This document shows, one piece after another, positions 43,656 to 56,700 of a DNA stretch of 64,000 bases; within the stretch, counting starts at the first letter, position 1, and each line of letters starts with the position of its first letter. Origin of the DNA: Bugula neritina (taxonomy: Eukaryota > Animalia > Bryozoa); NCBI GenBank assembly GCA_964035545.1, contig OZ037766.1, forward strand, positions 33,284,773-33,348,772, given 5' to 3'. Under the pieces are notes generated by a model. That model saw only the letters and a list, made by a program, of their open reading frames with translations, did no database searches and was not told the origin of the DNA. Position numbers and translations under genes: made by a program.

Positions 43656-46451
43656 ATGGCTGCAGCTGGAAAAGGTGAGAAAATAAATAAACTAAAACAT
43701 CAAATCAGCAGCATTTTATTTTAGAACTGGTTACCATATGTGAATTTTATTGCAGCAATGCTTTGAATTTTGAATAAAACAGTGGTTTTTCGTTAAGCTC
43801 CCCATCTTTGTTTTGAGTTTTGTAACGCCCAAGACTGAACTTCGACGTCGACCAAATCTGAAATCATAAATGTGAAGTGAGTCAGAGTGAGAGTCTCAGT
43901 CGACGCTGTATAGTTTAGAATTTAAGTTTAGTTATACTATTACTTATAGTTATACTAATAGTAATACTTGAAGTTGTAGTTTAACTTAATGTTATTGCTA
44001 TGCTAGTTACCTCCACCTCCTCCAGATTACGATCATGCTAGACCACTAGGTAGCAGAAGCGGCATGCCTCATATGTTTACGGTTGGTCAGAAAGTAAAAT
44101 GCATACAATAGTCCATAAATTGGTTGCAGTGTGTGTTGCAATATTGTTTATTAGTACAGGTAAGTTAACCTGTCAATGTTTAGATTATTCTGTGTGTAAA
44201 TTAGTCTTGCAAGGATTGTTCCCTTTAAGGTCACGGATTGTCCGTGGCAAGAAGCTGTTATAATAGCAGTTATTATTGGTGCTGACTGATCTTGGCTGTC
44301 CTAGTGTTTGGGCCCTAGTTTGGATAAAACTTTTCGGGGTATTTATTAGTTCGTCATACGCTGCAGAGAGTGCTGGGTGATATTCTTCCTTTTGGAGTAT
44401 CCTCATAAGGAGTCTTAGCCGTTGAGTTCTTCTTCTTTCATCGAGGGCGGCCAGCTCCAGTCTTTCTTTTGCTTCTCGCACTCCTCTTCTACCCTTGATG
44501 TTAGCTATGGCTCTTACTGCCCGTGTTTGTACCTCTTCGATGGAATTTATTTCTTTTGTAGTATAATTGTACTTATGCACTCTACGGAGTACGGTATAAC
44601 ATTATGGTTTAATTTTAGTTTTACTTCAACGTTTACTTTTAGAGTTTTAGTTTCTTCTAATTTTATGATTTTCTAATTTTATAATTTATGATTTACAATT
44701 TGAATTACATCAATTTTAACTGTCAGTTGCCATCAACTCCAAGTGACCGTGACCCATACTGATGGATATTCATACTTGTACTGTAAATGTAAGATTATAA
44801 CTCTCAGTGAAACTAAATCAGCAATCTCAACTCGTTAAGTATAAGTTTTAGTTTAATTCAATAACTATAAGAGTCACCAAAAGCTGTAAAAGTAAAGTTG
44901 AAGATAGTTTACAGTCTCAGCCATTATTAACAATTATGATGATAACCACTAGGATTATTATTATAAATTATAGTAATGCCTAATGATAATTGTAATGCTA
45001 ACAGTCATAGTAATACTCACATAGCTAACCATTGGTGCCCAAGACCAAAGGACATGATGGATGGTAATTAGTTTTATTAATAATATATTATATAATAATA
45101 TCATTTCATAGTCATCACTATGATCATGTTATCATAAGGAGTGTAAGTATAAGTTAGTAAGTCATACCCTATATCATTGAGTAACATGCTAATGCAGTGG
45201 CATTATCATGCTGTCGGTTATGCTATATTTTGGTCACATTTCTTGGTATTGGTTTACAGATTTAACTGCTTGTCACCTTGTATTTGCTATAATATATGCC
45301 TTTATGTAAACCCTTGTTTGAACAGTTGAAACAGAATTTACCATTTTTACTGCTGACATGGTGATAGCCTAGTACGTTTTCTTAAATTCATCAAAATTAA
45401 TATCTCAGGTCTAAACTAAGCAAGCTCTTGTTGTCCCATGAGTTTAACATTTACAGTACTGTATTTCTTCTTAGTTGCTGAGTTTTGAAATGTCACATAT
45501 TTCTGGTATTGTCACAGTTACCTGTAGCTGTAGTTGAGTACTTTACTGCTCTGCACTTGCTTTTAGCACTACTAAAGCGGGCGTGGAATGACGTCCCCGA
45601 AGCAGTGATAGGAATTGGTGGCCTGTGTTTTGGTGAGTAGCTGGATGTAGGTCTCATGTGACTCTCAGTTATACTCTACTACTACTCTAATAGTTATACT
45701 CTACTACTAGTTATACTCTACTGCTAGTTATACTCTACTACTAGTTATACTCTACTACTAGTTGTACTCTACTACTAGTTATACTCTACTACTAGTTATA
45801 CTCTAGTACTAGTTATACTCTACTACTAGTTATACTCTACTACTAGTTATACTCTACTACCAGTTATACTCTACTACTAGTTATACTCTACTACTAGTTA
45901 TACTCTACTAATAGTTATACTCTACTACTAGTTGTACTCTACTACTAGTTATACTCTACTACTAGTTATACTCTACTACCAGTTATACTCTACTACTAGT
46001 TGTACTCTACTACTAGTTATACTCTACTACTAGTTGTACTCTACTACCAGTTGTACTCTACTACTACTACTACTATAAATTCACTGTGTAGGTCTGGCTC
46101 TAATGGCAAACACTTACCGTAATGAAGTGAAGAGAGGGTATGATGGACACAAGTATAAGTACCAATACACAGGTAAGTTGATGGCTCCCTCTAACAGTTC
46201 CCACTACTGGTTCTATGGTTCAAAGGTCAATGTGCTATGGCAATTAGTTGAGAAGTTGTGTGGCCAGTTTCATGTAGATATGCTATTGTATCTTCATGTT
46301 AATAGTAATTGCTGTGTTCCTTTCCATCGTCCAACTCTCTGCATAGCCTCCCAATACTGTTGGTCGTATCTTGTTATTACTAATTGTTGTAATTGTTTCA
46401 GTGAAGAGAAGGAGTGACGTGTGTAACCCAAACCACCCTGGCTTCAACTAG
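43656..46451 (+). CDS. NDUFA3: Complex I accessory subunit NDUFA3-like (invertebrate type), 71 aa
   Basis: Exons 43656-43674, 45567-45632, 46092-46172, 46402-46451 give MAAAGKALLKRAWNDVPEAVIGIGGLCFGLALMANTYRNEVKRGYDGHKYKYQYTVKRRSDVCNPNHPGFN. The LLKRAWN.P + single TM + YK..Y.V.R..D pattern matches my recollection of insect NDUFA3. Confidence 0.75.
44005..44575 (-). mobile_element. 5'-truncated non-LTR retrotransposon (LINE) fragment in NDUFA3-like intron 1
   Basis: ORF2 C-terminal signature IEEVQTRAVR...L.L..L.ERR...RL...YYNSFLPRTIRD, then a 3'UTR ending in a ggaggt-type tail. Confidence 0.85.
45665..46075. repeat. 17-bp minisatellite, NDUFA3-like intron 2
   Basis: Unit tagttatactctactac. 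Confidence 0.95.
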
Positions 46452-47049
46452 CACTAGGCAACCCCCTCTCTTCCCCTGGGAATCCCCCTCTTTGGGGATC
46501 CCCCTCTCTAGGATCCCCTCTCTGGGATTTCCTTCTCCAGAAGAGTGTGCCGTAGACTCACTGTGTGATACTTGATATAATAGATTTGAGCTAATGCTTC
46601 TTATTGTGTAATTTTTGTTACTTGACTTTTAAAAGCTAAATATAAAACTACCAACACATTTACAATGATTGCACTGGTTATTATTTACACATTTCTCTAA
46701 CCTAGGTTCTTAATTAAACTTGGGGACTCTAGAACTATGCCCGTACTATTCCAATAATTCAGCCATACATTCTAGCATAGCTGCGTTAGCATCTTACTAT
46801 AGGGTGTTAGTTGTCTCCATCTGGAAAGTGAAGGTTGTCACACCTAGGGAGTGGCGCTCTTCTCCAGTATCATTTGCTACTATGATAGTTATATATTTTA
46901 TCGTTGCAAGAATTTAGGCATAAAGGCATGATTCTGATCTATGACTGCTCTCAATAGTGTCTGTAGCTGCATTTATTTAAACATCTCCAGCCCACTGGCT
47001 GAGCAAACTTCTTAGAAACGCTTTGACCTCCAGGCAAGAGCTTTTGTTA

Positions 47050-47725
47050 ACCCCTTGTGTCCTGCGTGCCCCTTCACTTCTGACTATGGGACCCCTGTGT
47101 CCTGCGTACCCCTTCACTTCTGAATATGGGACCCCTGTGTCCTGCGTGCCCCTTCACTTCTGACTATGGGACTAAACTTGTCAAAGTGGGCTAGACTTGT
47201 CAAAGTGGGCTGAACTTGTCAAAGTGGGCTGGACTTGTCAAAGTGGGCTGAACTTGTCAAAGTGGGCTGAACTTGTCAAAGTGGGCTGGACTTATCAAAG
47301 TATGGTGGTGCTGCAGTGTTACCCTATCTTCAGATAGACAAGGGCAGGCTGTTGGTCAGTTTCCCACTCAAGTAATTGTCTTGTCCCACGAGACTGCGGG
47401 GTGATTCTACACACGGTTGCTGATAAGTTTAAAGCCATTTAATATGTTACATGTCCAAGAGTTACTTGACTACCTTTGAGAGGTTCCATCTGAAGTATAT
47501 ATTTTAATTTATCTTATAGGTGAGGTTTGGCTTATAGGTAAGGTTTATCTTGTAGGTGAGGTTTATCTTGTAGGTGAGGTTTAGTTTATAGGTGAGGTTT
47601 ATCTTATAAGTGAGGTTTATCTTATAGGGGAGGTTTATCTTATAGGGGAGGTTTATCTTATAAGTGAGGTTTATCTTATAGAGGAGGTTTATCTTATAGG
47701 TGAGGTTTAGTTTATAGGTGAGGTT
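47050..47725. repeat. Cluster of three short arrays (40-bp x3, 19-bp x~7, 18-bp x~12)
   Basis: Units ccctgtgtcctgcgtgccccttcacttctgactatgggac, acttgtcaaagtgggctgg and gtgaggtttatcttatag. Confidence 0.9.
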
Positions 47726-48760
47726 GACTAATTCTGCTGTATAAAATGCTTCATTTGTGGAAATATGTTAAATAGAAATCTTGCAATTTCCGCACGGTTC
47801 GTGTACCTATATATGAACATCTCAAATGGATTTACAATTTGAGCCTACTTGATGGCAAATGCCAACTAAATGTACTGTCTACCAAGCTATATGCTGACTC
47901 TCCAAAGATAAATACAACATTCCTCACCAGATGTAATACCTACTCAGGTATGGTGAAAATCTTCCATCACAAAATAGCATTCAACCCTGCAGTAAAAAGT
48001 TACACCTAGTTTATAAATACTCCTGTTTAGTGTACAACAAAATTGAAATTGGATTGAACATGGAAAATCCTCAAAAACAAAGTCAATGCTCATTGTACAG
48101 ATGAGTTAGACTTCACAACAGTTACTAGTGAACTGCCTTTGATTTTATTTAGACATTATCATGACAAGTGTAGTCGACTGCATGAATCAAATTAGCAATG
48201 CTGATGTTTGAAAATGTATGACTTTCAAAATGTCGGCATCCTTACATATGGATAGTACAAGAGTTAGTTGAGTGCCACATTTTACCGAATTCATACTGAA
48301 ATAAACATTTGCCGTGCAAAAATAAAACATATACTGGTGCACATCTATTATTCCATAAATGTATTGCCTTTCTTTCATCATATTATAAAGCCAAACAAAG
48401 TACGTAATATTTTCACATATACGTATTTTTATTTATAAGCTATAATGCAGTATAAAATCCATCATTGGAGTAAAATAAAAATATCACAGGTATATACACA
48501 AACAGGCAAAAAATTGCGTGGGTAAAAAATAAAGTTGTTAGCTTAACAAAAATAATATACCATGAGCAGTGGGAATGTGTAGTAAGCACAGAAAGTAATA
48601 TAAAAGAGTTAAGTATTTACATCAAACTGCCCTGTTTCAGTTACACTATAAAAAGAGACTAGAAATATACTATGGTATATATTATAGAATGGGTGCATTC
48701 CATCTGCATCATAATACCAAAAGGTATGTAGATGAAGAATTTATATTGTGGAAAGCACAT

Positions 48761-51700
48761 TCAGCCAAACCAATTGTTTATGTAGACAGAATCACTATCA
48801 TTGTTTACCATCAAGATATTTTGCTTGTGGTTGGTTGGCTGTAAGGGTTCTGTAAAAATAGTTAACAAGAGAAGTAAAATCTACAACTACTGTAAACTCA
48901 GTACTAGAACTACTGTAAACTCAGTACTAGAACTACTGTAAACTCAGTACTATAACTACTGTAAACTCAGTACTATAACGACTGTAAACTCAGTACTACA
49001 ACTACTGTAAACTCAGTACTATAACTACTGTAAACTCAGTACTAGAACTACTGTAAACTCAGTACTACAACTACTGTATACTCAGTACTACAACTACTGT
49101 AAACTCAGTACTATAACTACTGTAAACTCAGTACTAGAACTACTGTAAACTCAGTACTACAACTACTGTAAACTCAGTACTAGAACTACTGTAAACTCAG
49201 TACTATAACGACTGTAAACTCAGTACTATAACGACTGTAAACTCAGTACTACAACTACTGTAAACTCAGTACTAGAACTACTGTAAACTCAGTACTAGAA
49301 CTACTGTAAACTCAGTACTACAACTACTGTAAACTCAGTACTAGAACTACTGTAAACTCAGTACTATAACGACTGTAAACTCAGTACTACAACTACTGCA
49401 AACTCAGTACAACTACTGTAAACTCAGTATTATAGCTACTGTATACTCAGTACTACAACTACTGTAAACTCAGTACTACAACTACTGTAAACTCAGTACT
49501 ACAACTACTGCAAACTCAGTACAACTACTGTAAACTCAGTATTATAGCTACTGTATACTCAGTACTACAACTATTGTAAACTCAGTACTACAACTACTGT
49601 AAACTCAGTACTAGAACTACTGTAAACTCAGTACTATAACGACTGTAAACTCAGTACTACAACTACTGCAAACTCAGTACAACTACTGTAAACTCAGTAT
49701 TATAGCTACTGTATACTCAGTACTACAACTACTGTAAACTCAGTACTACAACTACTGTAAACTCAGTACTACAACTACTGCAAACTCAGTACAACTACTG
49801 TAAACTCAGTATTATAGCTACTGTATACTCAGTACTACAACTATTGTAAAGACCCACCTCTTCCCCTGAAGCTGTAAGCTCCCCAAGTTACTACGAGGCC
49901 AACTAGAAGCACAAAGAAAACCACAGCATATGTTAATGAAAAAAACTGCGGATACCAGGTCCACTTTTCTTCAGCAACTTCTGAAGATGGTTGGATAAGC
50001 CAAGACACAGTGGCTGATTCACCTGTAACAGGAATTTGAAATAGTTATGAAATACAATGACACCATAACTGATGCTAATATGATATTATATAACTGATGC
50101 TAATATGATATTATAATATAACTGATGCTAATATGATATTATAATATAACTGATGCTAATATGATATTATAATATAACTGATGCTAATGTGATATTATAA
50201 TATAACTGGTGCTAATGTGATATTATATAACTGATGCTAATATGATATTATAATATAACTGATGCTAATATAGTATAATATAACTGATTTTATTACCATT
50301 GCTTTAGTTTAGTAGATATGCTCACCAATTGCATTTTTAGCAACACATTGTAGCACCACCATGTTCTCTTCTTCAGCTCCACCCCGAGTCACATTGTAGA
50401 GTGACCAGGTGAATGTTTCAAGAGGAGGATTTCCCCTGACATACTGGGAACAGTTGAGAAGAGACGTATCAGATCCTCCGTCCAGAAGTCTACCACCAGT
50501 AAGGCTCTCCATGTCTGTGACACACATAACTAGTTTAAGCACATTCACAAATTCAGCTAAAACTGCAGCTACATTTAAGAAAGTGCCTCTTTATATTTTG
50601 TGTTGCTGTGACAGTTAAACTAATGTTAGATTTGTTAAAATAATAACTCAACCCCAATTACTGACAAAAGGAAAGTAACGAGAAATTGTTTCACAGCTAA
50701 ACTCACAATGAGGGTAAACAACTGTAGAGATAGTTGTGTTTCCTCCCAACCAGCTAGGGTGGGCCGTATCAATGCAAGTGATGGTAACTCCGCTCCTGTC
50801 ATGTGGCGTAGGGGTGTAGGTTTGCACACTGGTCAACTCTCCGTTGAGAACTGTGTAATATAGAGTTTAGATTATATACTGTGTAATATAGGGTTTAGAT
50901 TATATACTGTGTAATATAGGGTTTAGATTATATACTGTGTAATATAAAGTTTAGATTATATACTGAGTAATATAGAGTTTATATTATATACTGAGTAATA
51001 TAGAGTTTAGATTATATACTGTGTAATATAGGGTTTAGATTATATATTGTGTAATATAGAGTTTAGATTATATACTGTGTAATATAGAGTTTAGATTATA
51101 TACTGTGTAATAGAGAGTTTATTTTATATACTGAGTAATATAGAGTTTAGATTATATACTGTGTAATATAGGGTTTAGATTATATACTATGTAATATAGA
51201 GTTTAGATTATATACTGTGTAATATAGAGTTTAGATTATATACTGTGTAATATAGAGTTTAGATTATATACTGTGTAATATAGAGTTTAGATTATATACT
51301 ACACAGTCTTGGTAATACCAACCTGTCAAGCTGGTAATACCGTACTCATACCTGGAGTTAGGCTGTTAGTTTATCTGAACTTACTGTACTCATAAGTTGA
51401 ATCTGGAAAACCTCCCACGGATGTGCATCTAAACGTCAACTCTTCCCCTTCTTTAGCTGTTTCCGGAAAAACTTCCAGCTGCAGATTTTGAGGAGCTGCA
51501 ATCAGCAGAAAATGTTAGAAGATTTAGGATGGTAATATTATTATCCCTTAGTCTGGTAGCTACATGTAAGTTATTGATTTTAGCCAGTATACTACAACAT
51601 ACAGTGTAAAAAGTAGAGACTCTACCTGATATCTGTGTTAACTTCTGCTCCACAATCAGCAACTGCCTCCCTCCAGCACCACTCAGACTACACAATAATC

Positions 51701-53461
51701 TCCGTTCAAAAGCAGTTTTAGAGCTATCAACGCTGACAGCTAAACTTTCCAAAAATAGCCCAAGTACTTCGTGCAAATCAATTATTGAAGTACGAAATAG
51801 GACAGAATCGACTTGTGATGAAACATGCAAGGTACTTTTCTCAGTCCAGCAGTTGTACTGCACTCTGCCGGAGTAGATTGCCAGCAGTTCCATCTGAAGC
51901 TGATTGTAATGTTGAGTACCTGAATAAATTAGGGAGTTGACCTGAAATGGACATAGCCTACAGCCCCACACCTATCACACCATGTGAGGTTGTTAGGTTG
52001 GAGGTTGTTATGCACCTCACCCACACCAACAAAATCAACAGGATGTTAAAGCTGAGCAGTAGAGGGGAAGGGAGATTTACCTCAGTGACTCCTGGTAAGC
52101 TTGGTAATCTAACAGTTTCATTAGAAAGGTTATAAAAAGATTGTAAGAAAAGATAATCGATTGCCCTATATAACCTAAAAATATATTCTAACACTTCTTC
52201 CAGCTGAGTTAGACATGTTTGAAATTGGTTCTAAATTTCTATTTCTGCAAAGAAGAGCTGATCCCAGGCTAAAACATTTCCCAGGGACAGGACTAGATGG
52301 GGGTTGTCCTCTCTGGTGTATGTGAAGAGCAGGTATATTCTGTCATGTTGGTGGGAAGTTAAAAGTTACTGGATTAGTGACTGAGTCAAAGTTACAGCAA
52401 TAAAACAAGCTCTGCTAGCGTATAAACAATTACATGCTCGGTAAGTTGACTATGTAATTACTTTTTGGATATAGTTGAATATATTGTTAAATTCTATCAG
52501 ATTTACATATAATACAAGCAGTGAGCTGTAAACATAAAACTGCTCGGCCCTCTACATGCACATAGATGCTATAACCTGGAGGTACATGTTTCATACTGCC
52601 TTACATACAAAAGGTGGGGAACCCTTCTTTTAATATCCTAATACCACCGATTTCATGTTGCAGATGTAAGTTCATTGCTAAAAGCAGGTAAATTGAATAA
52701 ATGAAGCATTATTTAATATACGGCATATGCTGATACACTGAAGGTATTATTAACAAACATGTTACCTGTTGTTGTGGTGACGTACTGTTCAACACACACT
52801 AGCAGCTCCTCTTCAGCATGATTAACATAGCATATAGATTGCTCTCCTGAATCATGCTTAATTGTGCGGAACACCCAAAAAGCTTTATAGAATCTTACTA
52901 TAGGCTTAAATGTAGGTGGTTCATTCACTATGCGTGGACTGATAGAAGGACTATCTGGAGAGAAAGGTATGCCTCTAGATAGCTTCTTCAAGGCTTTACT
53001 AGAAGCCCAGTCCCAAGAGAAGACATCAATTGGCTCCTGTCTATTAGAATGCTGAGCACCTAAACATAAAGAGACAACAATATACTATAGAACATACTGT
53101 TATAGACTGTACAGTTATAGAACATACAGTTATAGAACATATACTACACACAAATGGAATTAACAGATATTGCTAAATTTTGAAGTTAAACTGCATTAAG
53201 CAAGTGTTACTACTTTGCTTTTCAGATATAAATACTTGAAGAAGATGAATTTGGAAGGGACTGTTATGATGAACTTCCCTCTCTTTATACTCTAGATCTA
53301 ACAGCTGATTGAGGCTAATAAAATAAGAGGGCGACTTCTCATGTGCCCAAATAAAATGCAATGCTTAGGATATGCAAAAACAGGATATGAGCATAAATGT
53401 TCATACCTGCTACGCCATACGCCAGTAGGAAGCTCCACGTGATAGAGTTGATAAGAAACAT
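48761..53461 (-). CDS. Immunoglobulin-domain type I transmembrane protein
   Basis: Exons 53461-53407 (signal peptide MFLINSITWSFLLAYGVAG), 53059-52766, 51919-51626, 51495-51385 (KEGEELTFRCTSVGGFP), 50850-50707 (GVTITC), 50514-50326 (LNC..VRGNPP..FTW...LQCVAKNAIG), 50022-49858 (TM YAVVFFVLLVGLVVTWGAY), 48849-48761 (tail SVYINNWFG*). All introns phase 1. Possible extra exons in 52.0-52.7 kb are unresolved. Confidence 0.8.
48883..49850. repeat. 23-bp minisatellite, last intron of the Ig gene
   Basis: Unit actactgtaaactcagtactaga. Confidence 0.95.
50851..51300 (-). repeat. 28-bp acceptor-ending minisatellite, Ig-gene intron
   Basis: Transcript-sense unit tatataatctaaactctatattacacag; the last copy is the true acceptor at 50851. 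Confidence 0.93.
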
Positions 53462-53790
53462 CCTCAAGCACAGCTTTGCATGGCCCACGAACAGACAAGC
53501 TGCACCACACAGAACTTAAATAAACACAAAAATCTTACAGATTGTGTAAAAACCCCCATGATCAAAGTGTTGATCAATTCAACTAAATTGCGTGCCATTC
53601 ATTTAAATGTTTTCCTATATTTTATATTCATACAAGTGTAGCCTAAACAATTCCTAGTCATGTACTATTACCTGCTTGTTAATTGGGTAATAATTCCATA
53701 AGAAAAACTCTGAATATTTACCCATGTTGTTTATAAAAATACACTTACATTAGAGTTACACACATTACTGATCTAATAACTATCAGCTTG

Positions 53791-56700
53791 TGTTGATGAT
53801 AGCGTCTGACAATTGACTTAGACCTCAGGCTATCAGCTAAATACTTAATACTAACACTCTGTAGCGATTCAACCTATAACTGTTATAACCCAACACGCTG
53901 ATATGTTTGGCTTCCCATCGTCATTCTATTGTTACAAGTACATTCTCTGGCTTATGGTTTGAGACAGATTAAAGATTACTTATCACACGAAACTAACCCA
54001 AACTTTCTTATCACAATACCTGTTTATCCACAAACAATTACAATAACAATTACAAAACATTGTAACACTCACAGACATAAACATGGTGCCCCGAGTGAGG
54101 AAGTTATCACACTGAACGCTACCTATAGTACAGCTAGTTCCTGATAACTGATACAAGATAAGAAATAGTTATTGTAAACATGGCAACTGCACAAGATTTC
54201 CTTATGCCCAAACCCCTGCAAGATGGTGCAGAGTTGTCCACCCAATGGTCCCGCTTCAAAGAAGAATTCGACTATTACCTAATAGCTGCAGAAAAATCTG
54301 ACAAAGAGGATAAAATAAAAATAGCCATTCTACTGCGGACCATTGGACCAAGAGGTGTAGACATATTCAAAAGTTTCAAGTTTGGGGAAGGAGAATCTAA
54401 AGATGTTTACAAGGATGTCCTAGGAAAATTTGACAACTTTTGTAAAAAGACCTCCAACAAAATAATCAAAAGACATCAACTGCTATCGACAAAACAGGAA
54501 TGCTTATCAATAGATGAGTATGTCACCAACTTACATAAGATCGCCAGAGAATGTGACCTTGGTGACATGTACGATGACTTTTTTATGCAGGCCTTACTTC
54601 TTGGCATCAACGACGAACAACTGCGGAGAAAACTGTTCGAGGAGTCAGAAAACATAGACCTCGAAAAAGCTATTAAAAAGTGCAAATTGGCTGAGAGCTC
54701 TCAGAGTGATATGAAGGCTATTAAAGCGGAAGGAGAATCAATTCATATGCTTGGTCACAAGCCCACTAAAGCAAACAAAAGTGTTAAACAGTACTTACAC
54801 ACAACTGACAAGGAAGCGAATAATCCTACTAAATCTAACTGTGGAAACTGTGGCAATTCTCATCCTCCTCGCAAATGCCCAGCATATGGCAAACAGTGCA
54901 GTAACTGCAAGAAATTCAACCACTTCAGAGCGGTCTGCAGATCCAAGAGAAACGGCAGAATAAATGCAGTCGCTGAACACATAGCTTCTGACGAGAGCAG
55001 TGATTCAGAATCTCTTATGTACATACAAGTGGTAAAGAAAGGAAAGCGACTCACTGCCAACATCGATACTAGATCTAGGAATAAGCGTGCCAAAATAGAA
55101 TATCAGCTAGACACAGGAGCCTCGTGCAACATATTAAATCAAAAAGATTATCTGGCTTGTGGAGCACCGGCACTGAGTCAAAAGAAACTACCCAACCTTC
55201 AACTATATGATGGCACTCATACCAGAACCACAAGGCTCTGCGAACTGAGACTAACAGGCAAAACATTTCGATTCTATGTAGTCAAGACTGGCAACATGAG
55301 TTTACTCTCTCTGGACACGTGCTTAGAACTTGGGCTACTATCCATCAATAATGAATGGGTAAACCTCATATCACCACCCGAACACCCAGATGTAGATCAG
55401 CTCATCCAGGAATATGGGTTGATCTTTGAGGGTGTTGGTTGTCTTCCGGGAGAATATCACATTGAAGTAGACCCGAATGTATCCCCTACCCAGTCAATCA
55501 ACAGAAAAGTGGCCTTATCGATGAGACAGGACCTAAAAGACAAACTGGAATCGTTGGCTGACAACAAGATTATAGCCAAAGTAGACTATCCAACCCCCTG
55601 GATCAGCAACACACTGGCCCGAAGAAAGCCCAATGGAAAGCTCCGAGTATGTATCGACCCTGCCAACTTGAACAAGGCCATAAAGAGGAACCACTATCCA
55701 ATGCCCACATTGGAGGATGTACTGCCAGAATTAGATGGAGCCAAAATTTTTTCGCTATGTGATGCAAAGGATGGTTTCCTTCAAGTCAAGCTGGACAGTG
55801 AATCAAGTGATCTCACTACATTCTGGACGCCGTATGGGAAGTACAAGTGGTTACGGATGCCGTTTGGCTTATCTTCAAGCCCAGAGGAATTTCAGCGCCG
55901 GCTATCAGACGCTCTTGCAGGCTTAGACGGAACCATGATAGTGGCTGATGACATCCTTGTATATGGTAAAGGGGCCACTATGGAAGAAGCCCAACTAGAT
56001 CACAACAACAATCTAAGGAAACTCTTTGAGAGGGCTCGGGAAACAAACCTGAAACTGAATAGAGACAAATGCAGATTTCTCTTGAGTGAACTACAATACA
56101 TTGGCCACATCATTTCAAGCGAGGGTGTGAAGAAAGACCCTAAGAAAACCAGCGCGATCCAGGACATGAACACACCAACTGACGGAGAGGGAGTTCGCAG
56201 GTTCCTAGGTCACATTAACTACCTGTCAAAGTTCATTCCCAACTGTTCGGCCGAAACAGAACCTCTACGAAGACTCATTGGGACGACAAAAGTCGATTTC
56301 AGCTGGGGAGAAGACCAAGAGAGAGCATTTAAAAAGTTCAAACAATTGGCGGTGGACGATGTTACCCTACAATACTTCAAGGTTAACAAGCCGGTAATTG
56401 TACAAGCGGATGCCTCTACTGAAGGATTAGGGGCAGCCCTAATACAAGGTGGCAGACCAGTGGCTTACGCATCAAGAAGTCTCTCAGAGAGTGAAAAAAA
56501 TTATGCTCCTATTGAGCTTGAACTACTAGCCATTGTATTTGCAATGACAAGATTTGACCAGTTTGTGTTCGGCAATCCTAATATAACTATACACACCGAC
56601 CATGAACCACTGATACCAATTTTCAGAAAGTCTCTGCTCCGGGCTCCCAAACGATTGCAAGCGATGATGCTAGCCCTTCAGCGATACCCAGCCAAGGTTG

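Noticed and set aside
53929-54144. Duplicated small ORF (also 58447-58653)
   Set aside because: Chance ORF with a TTG start within the two LTR copies.
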